A stretch of 40,286 bases of DNA, from the UHGV virus genome UHGV-0218934. One strand, written 5' to 3'. The notes under the pieces were generated by a model. It made no database searches and had not been told where the DNA came from. It was given only the letters and a program-made list of their open reading frames with translations. The translations under genes and the position numbers were made by a program. This document shows positions 1 through 8,685 of the stretch, piece by piece (the first letter of the stretch is position 1; the number at the start of each line of letters is the position of its first letter). The DNA is from a virus.

Positions 1-157
1 GACGTACGGCAACCCGGACAGCCTTGTCAAAATGATGAGCTTTATCATCTGCGACATCGAAGCACGCAAACAGATTCCGGTGCCAGCAACCATCATGGCG
101 ATTATGGCAACCGTCAAGCAGATGAAGAAAGGGGCGGGATACAGTGTCAGGCAGTGA
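1..157 (+). CDS. C-terminal part of a 107-aa early protein spanning the circular junction (joins 40120..40286)
   Basis: Frame from ATG 40120 continues ...AGC GT|G ACG TAC GGC... to TGA 155-157 without a stop. Confidence 0.8.
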   Translation, partial: TYGNPDSLVKMMSFIICDIEARKQIPVPATIMAIMATVKQMKKGAGYSVRQ

Positions 158-395
158 GGTGAGCTTCAGGGGAGCGTATGGATGGAGAGAGTGTCAAGAA
201 CAAAAACAGGCCTCGATGGAGACACTCCATCAAGACCTGCAGGAGATCATTCGTCTGCTTCGGGATATACAACGAAACCAATTTGCGTTTTACGCGGCGG
301 AACATTACCAGATGACGCCACGTGCGGGTGAAGAACTATACAAGCTTGTGTGTAATGGACTAAAACCGTTTGGCTTTGACCCGAAGGGAGACTGA
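144..395 (+). CDS. Hypothetical early protein (start uncertain, possibly ATG 217)
   Basis: ORF in operon orientation; helical METLHQDLQEIIRLLRDIQ segment. Confidence 0.4.
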   Translation: MSGSEVSFRGAYGWRECQEQKQASMETLHQDLQEIIRLLRDIQRNQFAFYAAEHYQMTPRAGEELYKLVCNGLKPFGFDPKGD

Positions 396-502
396 ACCCA
401 CGAAAGAAGAGCAGCTGGTCACTGTACCGTCCAATCTGACGGATGTCAAAGTTTGCGTTGAATGTGACTTTTACGATTGGAAGCTGAGGAGATAGAGACG
501 GC

Positions 503-766
503 ATGAACGATACGCCATATTACAAAGCCCGCTTGCGGGCGGCTGAGAGGGATTTGACTTTCGAGTCCCGGCAGAGTGCTGGGGCCGTCATTGGCATTGG
601 GTCGACACGGCTCTACCAGATTGAGCGCGGCATCCGGTTGCCGCACGAAGATGAGGTCATCGTGATGGCCAAGGAGTATGATGCTCCCGAGCTCATCACG
701 TACTACTGCAAGCACGTATGTGCCATCGGCGCATACTGCAAGTGCGAGAAGGATATCAACGATTGA
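503..766 (+). CDS. XRE-type HTH regulator (candidate CII-like activator)
   Basis: SRQSAGAVIGIGSTRLYQIERGIRLP HTH pattern followed by YDAPEL..YC...CAIG; GAGGAG RBS. Confidence 0.7.
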   Translation: MNDTPYYKARLRAAERDLTFESRQSAGAVIGIGSTRLYQIERGIRLPHEDEVIVMAKEYDAPELITYYCKHVCAIGAYCKCEKDIND

Positions 767-769
767 TTT

Positions 770-812
770 GAGACTGGCAGATGTATCCGCAGGCGGCAAC
801 CTGCAGCCAGTC
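770..812 (+). promoter_or_regulatory. Intergenic RNA hairpin containing an 18-nt segment complementary to the integrase 5' UTR
   Basis: GACTGGC/GCCAGTC outer stem and GCAGG/CCTGC inner stem; 770-787 matches 36805-36822 at 17/18. Confidence 0.5.
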
Positions 813-830
813 AAGAAGGAGGTCAGGATC

Positions 831-995
831 ATGACAATCCACGAGAAGGCTGAGGCCATAAAGAAGAAACTGGCGGCGATGGGCATCACGAACGACGAGG
901 AACTGCAGGAGGCCATCGAGGCGACGCGTCTGGATATCGCGCTCTTCGTCAATAAACCCACTGCCGATGCCGAGTGCAAGGAGGGAATCGCATGA
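831..995 (+). CDS. Small hypothetical protein (54 aa)
   Basis: AAGGAGG RBS before ATG 831; ATGA overlap with the next gene. Confidence 0.75.
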   Translation: MTIHEKAEAIKKKLAAMGITNDEELQEAIEATRLDIALFVNKPTADAECKEGIA

Positions 996-1528
996 GGAAG
1001 CTTCGGAAAATAAAAGTCATGTTCAGTGAGAAAAAGGGAACAAGTTATCATATCGCATGGAAATCGTCTGAGGATGGGGATGTCTGGGAGCGTCACGCAC
1101 TGGAATCAAACGACTATCCAAGACCGGAGTTCAAGCAGGCCATCAGTCGGATGGCATTCATCCTGGTCAATGCTTGCGACATCAAGATGCCGGACAACGA
1201 GATCTTGAGCCGCGTGGACATCACGAGCATTGCCCTGGACGATAAAGACGACAGGAAGGTGACCATCGGTGGAGATGTCCTGCTGATGAACGGCAACAGC
1301 ATCAGGCTGAACGGCCCGCAGCTGTATTGTCGAGAGGATGGCGGCATGTTCGAACGGGCGCTGACCACACTGAAACTGGAGTGCTTCGGCTACATCGACG
1401 GTGATCGCGCTCAAATGCAACTGTTCCGCCAGGGGATGGGTGACGAGAATAACGAAGACGAGGAGGGCAAAGGCCATAATGAAGGAGGTGACAAGCATGA
1501 AACGGTATCGTCGCAGACTGAATCCTAA
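992..1528 (+). CDS. Phage hypothetical protein with putative beta-clamp-binding motif (QMQLF) and acidic tail
   Basis: GGAGGG RBS, ATGA coupling; YIDGDRAQMQLF resembles the QLxLF clamp motif. Confidence 0.75.
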   Translation: MRKLRKIKVMFSEKKGTSYHIAWKSSEDGDVWERHALESNDYPRPEFKQAISRMAFILVNACDIKMPDNEILSRVDITSIALDDKDDRKVTIGGDVLLMNGNSIRLNGPQLYCREDGGMFERALTTLKLECFGYIDGDRAQMQLFRQGMGDENNEDEEGKGHNEGGDKHETVSSQTES

Positions 1529-1610
1529 GATTGTCGATTTCATAAAGTATACGGTTCTGGCCGGCATCATGATTGCAGAAGTCTGGCTGTTTGCCGCGAT
1601 GTTCTGCTGA
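1497..1610 (+). CDS. Small single-pass membrane peptide (37 aa)
   Basis: AAGGAGGTG RBS; MKRYRRRLNPKIVDFIKYTVLAGIMIAEVWLFAAMFC. Confidence 0.7.
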   Translation: MKRYRRRLNPKIVDFIKYTVLAGIMIAEVWLFAAMFC

Positions 1611-1623
1611 GGGAGGTGATGAT

Positions 1624-1743
1624 GTGAAGAACTGGGACTGGCAGGATCACCACCTGCCATACTTTTCTCCCTATGGATGGGCGGTCATCTTTGCGGGCGG
1701 CTTCCTCGTCGGAGCAGCATGCGGGTGGCTTTTATGGCAATAA
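1624..1743 (+). CDS. Small single-pass membrane peptide (39 aa, not in ORF track)
   Basis: GGGAGGTG RBS, GTG start; MKNWDWQDHHLPYFSPYGWAVIFAGGFLVGAACGWLLWQ*. Confidence 0.65.
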   Translation: MKNWDWQDHHLPYFSPYGWAVIFAGGFLVGAACGWLLWQ

Positions 1744-1777
1744 AATAGCCTGCCTTCACGGGCGGTGAAGGCAGGCT
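1738..1777 (-). terminator. Intrinsic terminator (leftward)
   Basis: 13-bp perfect stem 1747-1759/1765-1777 followed on the minus strand by ATTTTATT. Confidence 0.7.
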
Positions 1778-1802
1778 TGGTCATTGGATGACCGTCTGAC
1801 TC
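1738..1802 (-). ncRNA. Putative ~65-nt antisense RNA upstream of rep
   Basis: Bounded by a near-consensus leftward promoter (1809-1837) and a leftward terminator; two hairpins, no ORF. Confidence 0.6.
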
Positions 1803-1808
1803 GACTTC

Positions 1809-1837
1809 ATTATAGCACGGAAGTCTGAGTTTGTCAT
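1809..1837 (-). promoter_or_regulatory. Sigma70/sigmaA promoter (leftward)
   Basis: ATGACA-17 nt-TATAAT with TG extension (TGCTATAAT) on the minus strand. Confidence 0.7.
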
Positions 1838-1920
1838 CCTGTGGCAGTGCTTTTAGCCGGACCCGTTAAGGGTATCCACTCAAGCGGAGAAAATACCATT
1901 GAAGGCAGAGGGCAAGCGGG

Positions 1921-2691
1921 ATGAGCAAGAAAAGTGAGAAGAAGTACATCAGGAAGATCATCGAAGCAGGGAACACTATCGAGGTCATCAACTACATCTC
2001 GGGAAGGATAGGAGCGAGAGGGAATGGCAGAGGGGAGGGAGGGCAGGAGGGTGAGTCGGAGGAGAAGGTGCAGAGGTGGAAGTGGAAGCGGGCGGAGGAC
2101 AAGTGCCGCTGGCTGATCAACCAGAACTTCGGGCCGGGCGACCTGTGGATGCGCTTCGGTTATCCTCGGGGGACTCGGAAGACACCGGCAGAGATACGGG
2201 ATGACATCAAGAAATTCCTCGAGAAGCTGCGGAGGATGTACCGCAGGGCGGGGAAGGAGCTGAAGTACCTGTATACGGTCGGCATCGGCAGCCGTGGAGG
2301 GATTCACTTCCATGCGGTGTTCTCGGCCTTTGACTCAGAGAAGATTGAAGAGCTGTGGCAGGATATCGCGGGGACGGAGCAGGTGCCATACCCGTCAGTC
2401 AATACAAGGCATCTTGACCGGCGCGGGCATTATCCGAGCATCGCGGCCTACATCATCAAGAATGCACGGCAGACATTCGGGACAGAGCGGCAGATTTTCG
2501 GCAAGCGATACTGCGCCAGCCGCAACTTGCAGCCGCCCAAGGTCAGGAAGGTCATCGTTCGTGCTGGGCACTGGCTCAAGAAGCCGAAGCCGAAGAAGGG
2601 ATACTACATCCTGCAGGATTCCGTCCGCCAGGACATCGGGCAGAATGGATTCCCATACCAGAGCTATACCATGGTGCGGCTTCGGATCTAG
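1921..2691 (+). CDS. rep: HUH-endonuclease replication initiator (rolling-circle Rep-like)
   Basis: Motif II GGIHFHAVF, motif III SIAAYIIK, upstream INQNFGPGDLWMRFGY, downstream RYCASRNL; no DnaD/DnaC-type initiator elsewhere. Confidence 0.8.
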   Translation: MSKKSEKKYIRKIIEAGNTIEVINYISGRIGARGNGRGEGGQEGESEEKVQRWKWKRAEDKCRWLINQNFGPGDLWMRFGYPRGTRKTPAEIRDDIKKFLEKLRRMYRRAGKELKYLYTVGIGSRGGIHFHAVFSAFDSEKIEELWQDIAGTEQVPYPSVNTRHLDRRGHYPSIAAYIIKNARQTFGTERQIFGKRYCASRNLQPPKVRKVIVRAGHWLKKPKPKKGYYILQDSVRQDIGQNGFPYQSYTMVRLRI

Positions 2692-2733
2692 GCCGAGCGT
2701 CCGCAAGTAAATCATGCACAGGAGTGTGGATAA

Positions 2734-3252
2734 ATGGAGAGATGGAAAGTGAAACCGGCTGCGTCTTATCGCGGAGCCATGAGCAACGCGCGCGGGCGGC
2801 AGTTCGAAGCTGTGATTGATGCAGGGTGCCGGTACTATCGGATGCATGGCATTGCAAACATCGAGAAGACGCCGGAGCCATTTAGGTGTTTGCACAAGGG
2901 CGCGGGCGGCATTGCCAAGGTGCGGTTCATGAGCCATGCCCAGCCGGACTACAAAGGCGTGCTGAAAGGCGGACGGGCCATCGTATTCGAAGCCAAAATC
3001 ACCGACAAGGACAGGATCATGCAGGACGTCTTGACGCAGAAGCAGGCAGACGAGCTGGATGCCTTCCAGGAGCTTGGCGCAGATTCATTTGTGTGCTGCG
3101 GGATACAGGGACGGTTCTTCATGGTGCCCTATACCGTGTGGAGCAATTTCAAGCTCTTTTTCGGGAGAAAGTACGCGACACCGAAAGACTTGTCACCTTG
3201 GCGCGTCTGCTTCGACGGAGCCGTCAAATTCCTGGATCCGTACAGGAGGTGA
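2734..3252 (+). CDS. recU: Holliday junction resolvase RecU family
   Basis: NARGRQFEAVI..., IEKTPEP, PDYKGVLKGGRAIVFEAK motifs. Confidence 0.9.
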   Translation: MERWKVKPAASYRGAMSNARGRQFEAVIDAGCRYYRMHGIANIEKTPEPFRCLHKGAGGIAKVRFMSHAQPDYKGVLKGGRAIVFEAKITDKDRIMQDVLTQKQADELDAFQELGADSFVCCGIQGRFFMVPYTVWSNFKLFFGRKYATPKDLSPWRVCFDGAVKFLDPYRR

Positions 3253-3256
3253 GGGC

Positions 3257-3496
3257 ATGGCAAAGAGAGAACGCGGTATGGCCATACTGTACCAGACGTA
3301 TGGCCGGGAAGACTACGCGACGTATGCCTGCCCGTACTGCCGTAGATATGTCCACAAGATAAACGGGCGGCACATCTGCGCCCGCTGCGGCAAGCTCGTG
3401 GACTGCAACCGGCTGCATCCGTATACGGGCAGGATTGTCTATGATGGAGGCCGCAGCTGGCTGGATGTGAAACGTGATGAGGAGGAATATCTATGA
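3257..3496 (+). CDS. Small zinc-ribbon protein
   Basis: GGAGGTG RBS; CPYC...CARC. Confidence 0.7.
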   Translation: MAKRERGMAILYQTYGREDYATYACPYCRRYVHKINGRHICARCGKLVDCNRLHPYTGRIVYDGGRSWLDVKRDEEEYL

Positions 3497-4071
3497 GACT
3501 GGCAAGAGCGATGCGGCGGAAAGCCGAGAAGTCAGCAGCCGTCGGCGACCAGCGGGCGGTCAAGACGTATGCCAAGGCGAAGAAAGCCGTGCGCCATGCG
3601 ACGACGCACGAGCTCGTCATGCAGGCGGCAGTGCGCCGCCAGGCTGTAGTGGAGATCATGGCCACGATTGTCGTTGCGATGCACCGCAGCTTCGGCTGGA
3701 GCACGGACCGGCTCCTGCGCCTGCGCAAAAAAATGCGGGTACAGATGGAGTGCCTGAAAGGGCGATACGTGAAGCTCGAAGAGATGGAAGCCATCGTCGA
3801 GAAGGAACTGAATTGGGGCTTCCGCATCGAGAGGGATGACACGTGGGAGATGCGCCGCAGGGTGGAATACCGGACTGTGCGCGTCATGTCGGCCGTATTC
3901 CTCATTGCCCTGCACGACGAATTTGGCTTCGGGCAAAAACGGGCCATGCGTGCTTATAAAGAACTGGCCGACATCTGGACTGCCGTCCATGAAGGCAGCT
4001 TGACCATGGAGGCCGTGTGGAAGGAGCACGATGCGGTCGGCAAGAGCATCGGAGAAGCATTGGCCCTATAA
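3493..4071 (+). CDS. Hypothetical protein with two internal repeats
   Basis: VAMHRSFGWSTDRL and IALHDEFGFGQKRA repeats; ATGA coupling. Confidence 0.75.
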   Translation: MRLARAMRRKAEKSAAVGDQRAVKTYAKAKKAVRHATTHELVMQAAVRRQAVVEIMATIVVAMHRSFGWSTDRLLRLRKKMRVQMECLKGRYVKLEEMEAIVEKELNWGFRIERDDTWEMRRRVEYRTVRVMSAVFLIALHDEFGFGQKRAMRAYKELADIWTAVHEGSLTMEAVWKEHDAVGKSIGEALAL

Positions 4072-4097
4072 CCTATGGCAGAAAAAGGAGAATGACT

Positions 4098-4565
4098 ATG
4101 TCTGACATCGAAAAATACAAAGCGGCCGTCGAGGCCATTGAGAATGAAGACCTGAAACCTGAATCGCCGGAATATGCAATCGCGTGTATCGTCCGGGCTT
4201 GGCTGGACTACCGTCCGGACGAGGCGGCCGAGCGCATATTGGGTGAAGGGCGGCGTATCAAGGGGTGTTATAAATACACACGGAAGCGGGCAGAAAAAAT
4301 CTACCAGATGACTGGCGATTGCTGCGTGGGCGCGTCGGCCGATATGATGCTGACCTGGATCCTTGGCTACTACGGGTACGCGGAAAACGAGGCTCGGGCA
4401 CTCATCGAGGGCGGCCTGATGATGGCAGTCTATCATGCAATGGCCAAGAGCTGGACGCCGTATGGGATGACGAGCAACATGCCGAAAGAAAAAGCGCAAC
4501 CGGCTGCGGACGGCACGCCAGCAAGACCGCTGACCTTTGACGCAGACCTGGAGGAATTGCTATGA
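4098..4565 (+). CDS. PcfK-like protein (family related to AcrIIA9)
   Basis: AERIL..GRRIKGCYKYTRKRAEK...CVGASADMMLTWILGYYG pattern, acidic DLEELL end, directly upstream of PcfJ; AAAGGAG RBS. Confidence 0.65.
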   Translation: MSDIEKYKAAVEAIENEDLKPESPEYAIACIVRAWLDYRPDEAAERILGEGRRIKGCYKYTRKRAEKIYQMTGDCCVGASADMMLTWILGYYGYAENEARALIEGGLMMAVYHAMAKSWTPYGMTSNMPKEKAQPAADGTPARPLTFDADLEELL

Positions 4566-6205
4566 GCAGTCGCATGCCAGAGACGGTGGAAGAAGTGCAA
4601 GCACACTTTCCACAGGATCTCGATGAGGAAGTCGTAGCGCGTATTCGCGAGATCATGCCGCACCATCTATGGGTGTGCAGCGCAGAGGACCGCCATCATG
4701 CATGGTGCGACTCCTGCGGCAACTTCGTCCGGATTGACAGGAGCAGGCATCGCAGGAAGGCGCTCTGTCCGGCCTGTCTGCATGAGGTTGAGGTCATCCA
4801 CACGTGGAGAGGCTGCAAGACACTCAGGGACAGGATGCTGCTCTACATCTACGGCAATTCGGCCATCGATACAGGGATCTTGACGGCGCAGGCCGTGTAC
4901 GTAGAGATGGATTGGGGGATGGCTTATGAAGACGGCGTCATGCCGTGGCAGGTGGAGCCGGACGTATATGTGGACAGCCGCAGTGTATTCGTATATGGCA
5001 AAGGCTCGGCGACAATACGGCCTAAAGACGGCTGTCATGTCTACAACGCGAAGTCGCTCCGATATGAGATGTGCAAGTCTGCCGGGCCGCGCTGGTACGT
5101 CTACATGAACATGGGCTATGCGGGCCTGCCTTTCTACGTTGATACAGACAGCTTGAATGAGGCAGTTGCCGAGACGCCATTCCGATACATCTGGGATGCC
5201 GTGAGTGACGATTTCCTGCAGTGGGGGATGAGAGGCGCCTACCTGCGCTTATTCACACTGGCTGCCCGCTATCCGTTCGCGACAGAATGCCTGGCAAAAC
5301 TCGGCCGGATGACGCGTGACTACCTCTTTGAGTACAGCGAGCAGAACAATCGGTGCGGCCACATCTCCATCAACTGGCGGGGTAAGACGGTGGCAAAGGT
5401 CCTGAGGGGGACGCTCACAAAGGCGGAGAAGAAATGGCTGCGCGAGACGAGCTACAAGAACGTCTTGCTTGTGGGAGCCTGGCAGTATGTACGGCAGAGT
5501 GGATGTCAGAGCATCAGCATGATGGACATGATGCGATACGGCATGGTTTCTGCTGACCTGCTGAGGCGTCTGGCTGCAGTGATAAAGCTGCCGCGCCTCC
5601 TGCGTTACCTCAAGAAGCAGGAAGTGCGCAATGAGGGCAGGAGACTCACAGTGGACTTCTACCGGGATTACATATGGGACTGCCGGCGTCTTGGCGTTGA
5701 CCTCACCAAGAAATCGAACCTCGTGCCGCGCGACCTGCTCGAGATGCATCGCATGTACCATGAACAGGTGGGCGAGATGCTGCGCCTGGAGGAAGAACGC
5801 CGACGCATCGAGCAGGGTGTCCTGAAGCTCAGGCAGGACAGGAGCAAGGAGAAGGCCTGGCAGAAAAGGCGCAAGGCCATCGTCAGGAAGTACAGCTTCG
5901 AGGCGGGCGGCATGACCATCTACGTGCCACAGCACCTCAAGGAGCTGATTACCGAAGGCGCGGCAATGCACAGCTGTGTAGGCGGCTATGTGGACCGCGT
6001 GGCTTCTGGTGGGACTATCGTCGTATTCATCCGCAAGGCAGACGATCTCAAAGAGCGCGTCGGCACGATGGAGATTGCGGCGGACGGTTCCCATATCGTA
6101 CAGGCCAGGGCAAAGTTCAACCGCGACCTGCCGCCCGAGGCGCAGGCATTTGTCGACCAGTTCAATGCAGTCAAGATTGAGAGAAGAGAGAGGGAGAGCG
6201 CATGA
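4562..6205 (+). CDS. PcfJ domain protein
   Basis: N-terminal CDSC/CPAC; C-terminal YRDYIWDC..LG, PRDLLEMH, ELITEGAAMHSCVGGY, IVVFIRK, TMEI, IVQAR. Confidence 0.85.
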   Translation: MSSRMPETVEEVQAHFPQDLDEEVVARIREIMPHHLWVCSAEDRHHAWCDSCGNFVRIDRSRHRRKALCPACLHEVEVIHTWRGCKTLRDRMLLYIYGNSAIDTGILTAQAVYVEMDWGMAYEDGVMPWQVEPDVYVDSRSVFVYGKGSATIRPKDGCHVYNAKSLRYEMCKSAGPRWYVYMNMGYAGLPFYVDTDSLNEAVAETPFRYIWDAVSDDFLQWGMRGAYLRLFTLAARYPFATECLAKLGRMTRDYLFEYSEQNNRCGHISINWRGKTVAKVLRGTLTKAEKKWLRETSYKNVLLVGAWQYVRQSGCQSISMMDMMRYGMVSADLLRRLAAVIKLPRLLRYLKKQEVRNEGRRLTVDFYRDYIWDCRRLGVDLTKKSNLVPRDLLEMHRMYHEQVGEMLRLEEERRRIEQGVLKLRQDRSKEKAWQKRRKAIVRKYSFEAGGMTIYVPQHLKELITEGAAMHSCVGGYVDRVASGGTIVVFIRKADDLKERVGTMEIAADGSHIVQARAKFNRDLPPEAQAFVDQFNAVKIERRERESA

Positions 6206-7188
6206 GTGAAGATGTGAAAGAAATGCGGGAGCAGAAGATGGCCGTACCGATGGCGGGCGGCACCATGCCAAAGGAATCCGACGAGGAGCGCCTGACACGC
6301 CTGGCCGGAGAGATCAATGCCATCAAGGAACAGACGCGGGCGACGGTCCAGAACGCGACGCTCGAGATCGGCCGCCGACTCATCCAGGCCAAGGCAGCCG
6401 TGCCGCATGGCAGCTGGGCGTATTGGCTCAAGACATCGGTCGATTACTCCGAGCGCACGGCGCAGATGCTCATGAGTACCTACGAGCGTTTCGGCAATAC
6501 CCAGCAGAAGCTTTTCGGCGCGAAGATGGACCCAGAAGTCGTCAGTCAGCTGAACCGCTCACAGATGTTCGCGCTGCTGAGCATCAAGTCGGAGGATGAG
6601 TGCGCGGAGTTCATGGAAGAGCACAAGGATGATCTTGTCGACATGAGCAAGCGCGAGCTGGAGAAGGCTATCAAAGAGCGCGATGAGGCTCGGGCAAACC
6701 TCGAGACGTGGCGCAAGAGCAATAAGGAGCTCAGTGACACGGCACAGAGAGTCGTGGCAGAGAAGGAGAAGCTAAAAGAGAAGTTGCGGAAGATGACTGC
6801 TGAGACAAAAGAGACCGAGGGCGAGATGAAGCGCTTACAGGAAGAGATGGATGAGCGGGCGGCGCGCATCGCTGACCTCGAGAAGCACCTGCAGGAGGCA
6901 CAGCGTGCCGATGTTGAAGCCAGCGCTGTAGTAGAGCGCATGCCGGAAGAGGCAGAGCGGGAAATCAAGAGCCTTCGCGCCAAGATTGCCGAGCTGGAGA
7001 AGAAGCAAGGCAGGGAATCTGTCAGCCTCGACTTCAAGCGCCACTTCGAGAACATGAAAGGCGAGTTCAATGCGATGAACGAAGCACTGACATCCATGGA
7101 GCTGGATCAGCGCGAGCGATACCGGGCGGCCATGAAGAAGATGATGGATATGATGTTGCAGATTGTAGATTGTGGGGCGATGGCATGA
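6202..7188 (+). CDS. DUF3102 domain coiled-coil protein
   Basis: LEIGRRLIQAKAAVPHGSWAYWLKTSVDYSERTAQMLM. Confidence 0.85.
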   Translation: MSEDVKEMREQKMAVPMAGGTMPKESDEERLTRLAGEINAIKEQTRATVQNATLEIGRRLIQAKAAVPHGSWAYWLKTSVDYSERTAQMLMSTYERFGNTQQKLFGAKMDPEVVSQLNRSQMFALLSIKSEDECAEFMEEHKDDLVDMSKRELEKAIKERDEARANLETWRKSNKELSDTAQRVVAEKEKLKEKLRKMTAETKETEGEMKRLQEEMDERAARIADLEKHLQEAQRADVEASAVVERMPEEAEREIKSLRAKIAELEKKQGRESVSLDFKRHFENMKGEFNAMNEALTSMELDQRERYRAAMKKMMDMMLQIVDCGAMA

Positions 7189-7538
7189 AGATATATACAG
7201 AGCAAGATTTACCGATGCCGGTCCTGCACGATAAGCATCAGACGTACGACGCGAATACGCTTGTGCGTGTCTGGTTCCAGAAGCTTCAGGAAGAAGTCAT
7301 GGAGGCACACGAGAAGGCTGTTTATCTGCAGCTGGCAGGTGATGACGACGAGGCACGGCGGGATGAGCTGGCGGAGGAGCTAACAGACGTCAAGACGGTC
7401 TGCGAGACATATCTGCATGCACTGGGGTATGACGACCGCGAGCGGGCGGCCATCCAGCGGCGTGTGAATGCGAAGAACAAGCGGCGCGGCTACCTTGTGC
7501 CGATGGAGGCGCAGGCGAAAGGTGGCGATGACCGATGA
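7185..7538 (+). CDS. MazG-like nucleotide pyrophosphohydrolase
   Basis: KLQEEVMEA and LAEELTDV acidic motifs; C-terminal KNKRRGY. Confidence 0.7.
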   Translation: MKIYTEQDLPMPVLHDKHQTYDANTLVRVWFQKLQEEVMEAHEKAVYLQLAGDDDEARRDELAEELTDVKTVCETYLHALGYDDRERAAIQRRVNAKNKRRGYLVPMEAQAKGGDDR

Positions 7539-7792
7539 GCCAGGACACCAAGACAAGGCGGATTGCGGCCACTGTCTGCGAGATGATTGAACGGGACAGG
7601 AAGAATCGAGGCAAGCAGCCCATACTCCTGCCAGTCAAAAAGCGCAGCCGGTGGCAGAGTGGCATCTGCAAGATCTGTGGCGAGTACTTCGATTGCATCA
7701 CGAACGAGCATGCCCATCGCCACGGCTTCAAGAATGCAGATGCGATGGCCAAGAGTGATGCAGTAGATTTTGGGAAGAGGGTAAGAAAATGA
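7535..7792 (+). CDS. Small Cys2His2-type zinc-finger protein
   Basis: CKICGEYFDCITNEHAHRHG. Confidence 0.7.
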   Translation: MSQDTKTRRIAATVCEMIERDRKNRGKQPILLPVKKRSRWQSGICKICGEYFDCITNEHAHRHGFKNADAMAKSDAVDFGKRVRK

Positions 7793-8154
7793 GCTTGGAT
7801 ATCAGAGGCGTATGGAAATATCAGAACCTGCTCAAGGAGTACAGCGAGTTGCAGTCTCGGGCATCGAAAGCGATGCTCAGGAATGGCTTGGAGCGGGACG
7901 CAGCCCATAAGGAGTGTCAGAGATTGGCAATGGAGGTAGACCGGCAGCGCACAGAGAAAAAAGCCGCTCTCGAGGAAATCAAGCGGCTGGAGAAGGAGAT
8001 TGAGAGACTGAAACAGGTCCGGTATCGGTGGGTGAATGGCACATGGTGGCCAGTGGAAGGCACGAATATCTATGACATGATAAAGAAAGTACCATGCGTG
8101 CCGTATGCCATGCGCGTGCTGGCCGAAGAAGATAAACAGGTGCCGGAGATATGA
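7789..8154 (+). CDS. Coiled-coil hypothetical protein
   Basis: ATGA coupling; heptad EEIKRLEKEIERLK. Confidence 0.7.
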   Translation: MSLDIRGVWKYQNLLKEYSELQSRASKAMLRNGLERDAAHKECQRLAMEVDRQRTEKKAALEEIKRLEKEIERLKQVRYRWVNGTWWPVEGTNIYDMIKKVPCVPYAMRVLAEEDKQVPEI

Positions 8155-8178
8155 GAAGAGAATCATGACTTGACTGTG

Positions 8179-8205
8179 GCAGAGAGGCGTGGCCTCTCTG
8201 CTTTT
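8179..8205 (+). terminator. Intrinsic terminator at end of the early operon
   Basis: 10-bp stem GCAGAGAGGC/GCCTCTCTGC + TTTT. Confidence 0.7.
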
Positions 8206-8227
8206 GCATGCTTGTGAGGTGACCAGA

Positions 8228-8635
8228 TTGGCGGCTTGGGACGAAGAGTGGAGTTGGGTACAAGAGAAGATACAGGGTGAACGGAAGATGGCCGAGCACT
8301 ACTTGCTGTGCTATCGGCAAGAGCTTGCACGGTATCAGCAAGAGCAAGAGCAAGAGATGAAGGATTGGCTCAAAGCTGTCGAGATGGTGACGGACAGGGC
8401 AGGAGATCAGAAGTCTACATTCCTGCGTTTGCGAAGAGAAGCATGGCGGAAGCACTTCTACTACAAGGGCAAAGAGACATGGGTGCCGTACGTCCAGCAA
8501 CGGTATGCAAGCTATCAAGCTGAGGCGGGCGGAGAGCGGGCGGCTTGGGTAGGCGCACGGACGCTGCGGTCATGGTGGCACGACCTTGTTCGTGATGTAG
8601 CAGAGATTCATACTATAATAAATAACAAACAATAA
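8228..8635 (+). CDS. RinA/ArpU-like late transcription activator (TTG start)
   Basis: GAGGTG RBS before TTG 8228; WLKAVE and RTLRSWWHDLVRDVA motifs; position immediately before HNH-terS. Confidence 0.6.
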   Translation: MAAWDEEWSWVQEKIQGERKMAEHYLLCYRQELARYQQEQEQEMKDWLKAVEMVTDRAGDQKSTFLRLRREAWRKHFYYKGKETWVPYVQQRYASYQAEAGGERAAWVGARTLRSWWHDLVRDVAEIHTIINNKQ

Positions 8636-8685
8636 TAAACAATCTAGTGCGGCAGCCGTTTTGCTCGATGAATCCGTGGTATAGT
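8621..8685 (+). promoter_or_regulatory. Putative late promoter with activator-binding tandem repeat
   Basis: AATAACAAAC-AATAATAAAC 10-bp tandem (8621-8640); extended -10 TGGTATAGT (8677-8685); no properly spaced -35. Confidence 0.55.

Noticed and set aside
370..495. 41-codon TTG-start ORF with CVEC
   Set aside because: No convincing RBS; cannot be supported
8189..8227. Track start at GTG 8189
   Set aside because: Lies inside the terminator hairpin; TTG 8228 has the RBS. Several other track starts (678, 3059, 4017, 12768, 33750, 37694) were trimmed likewise
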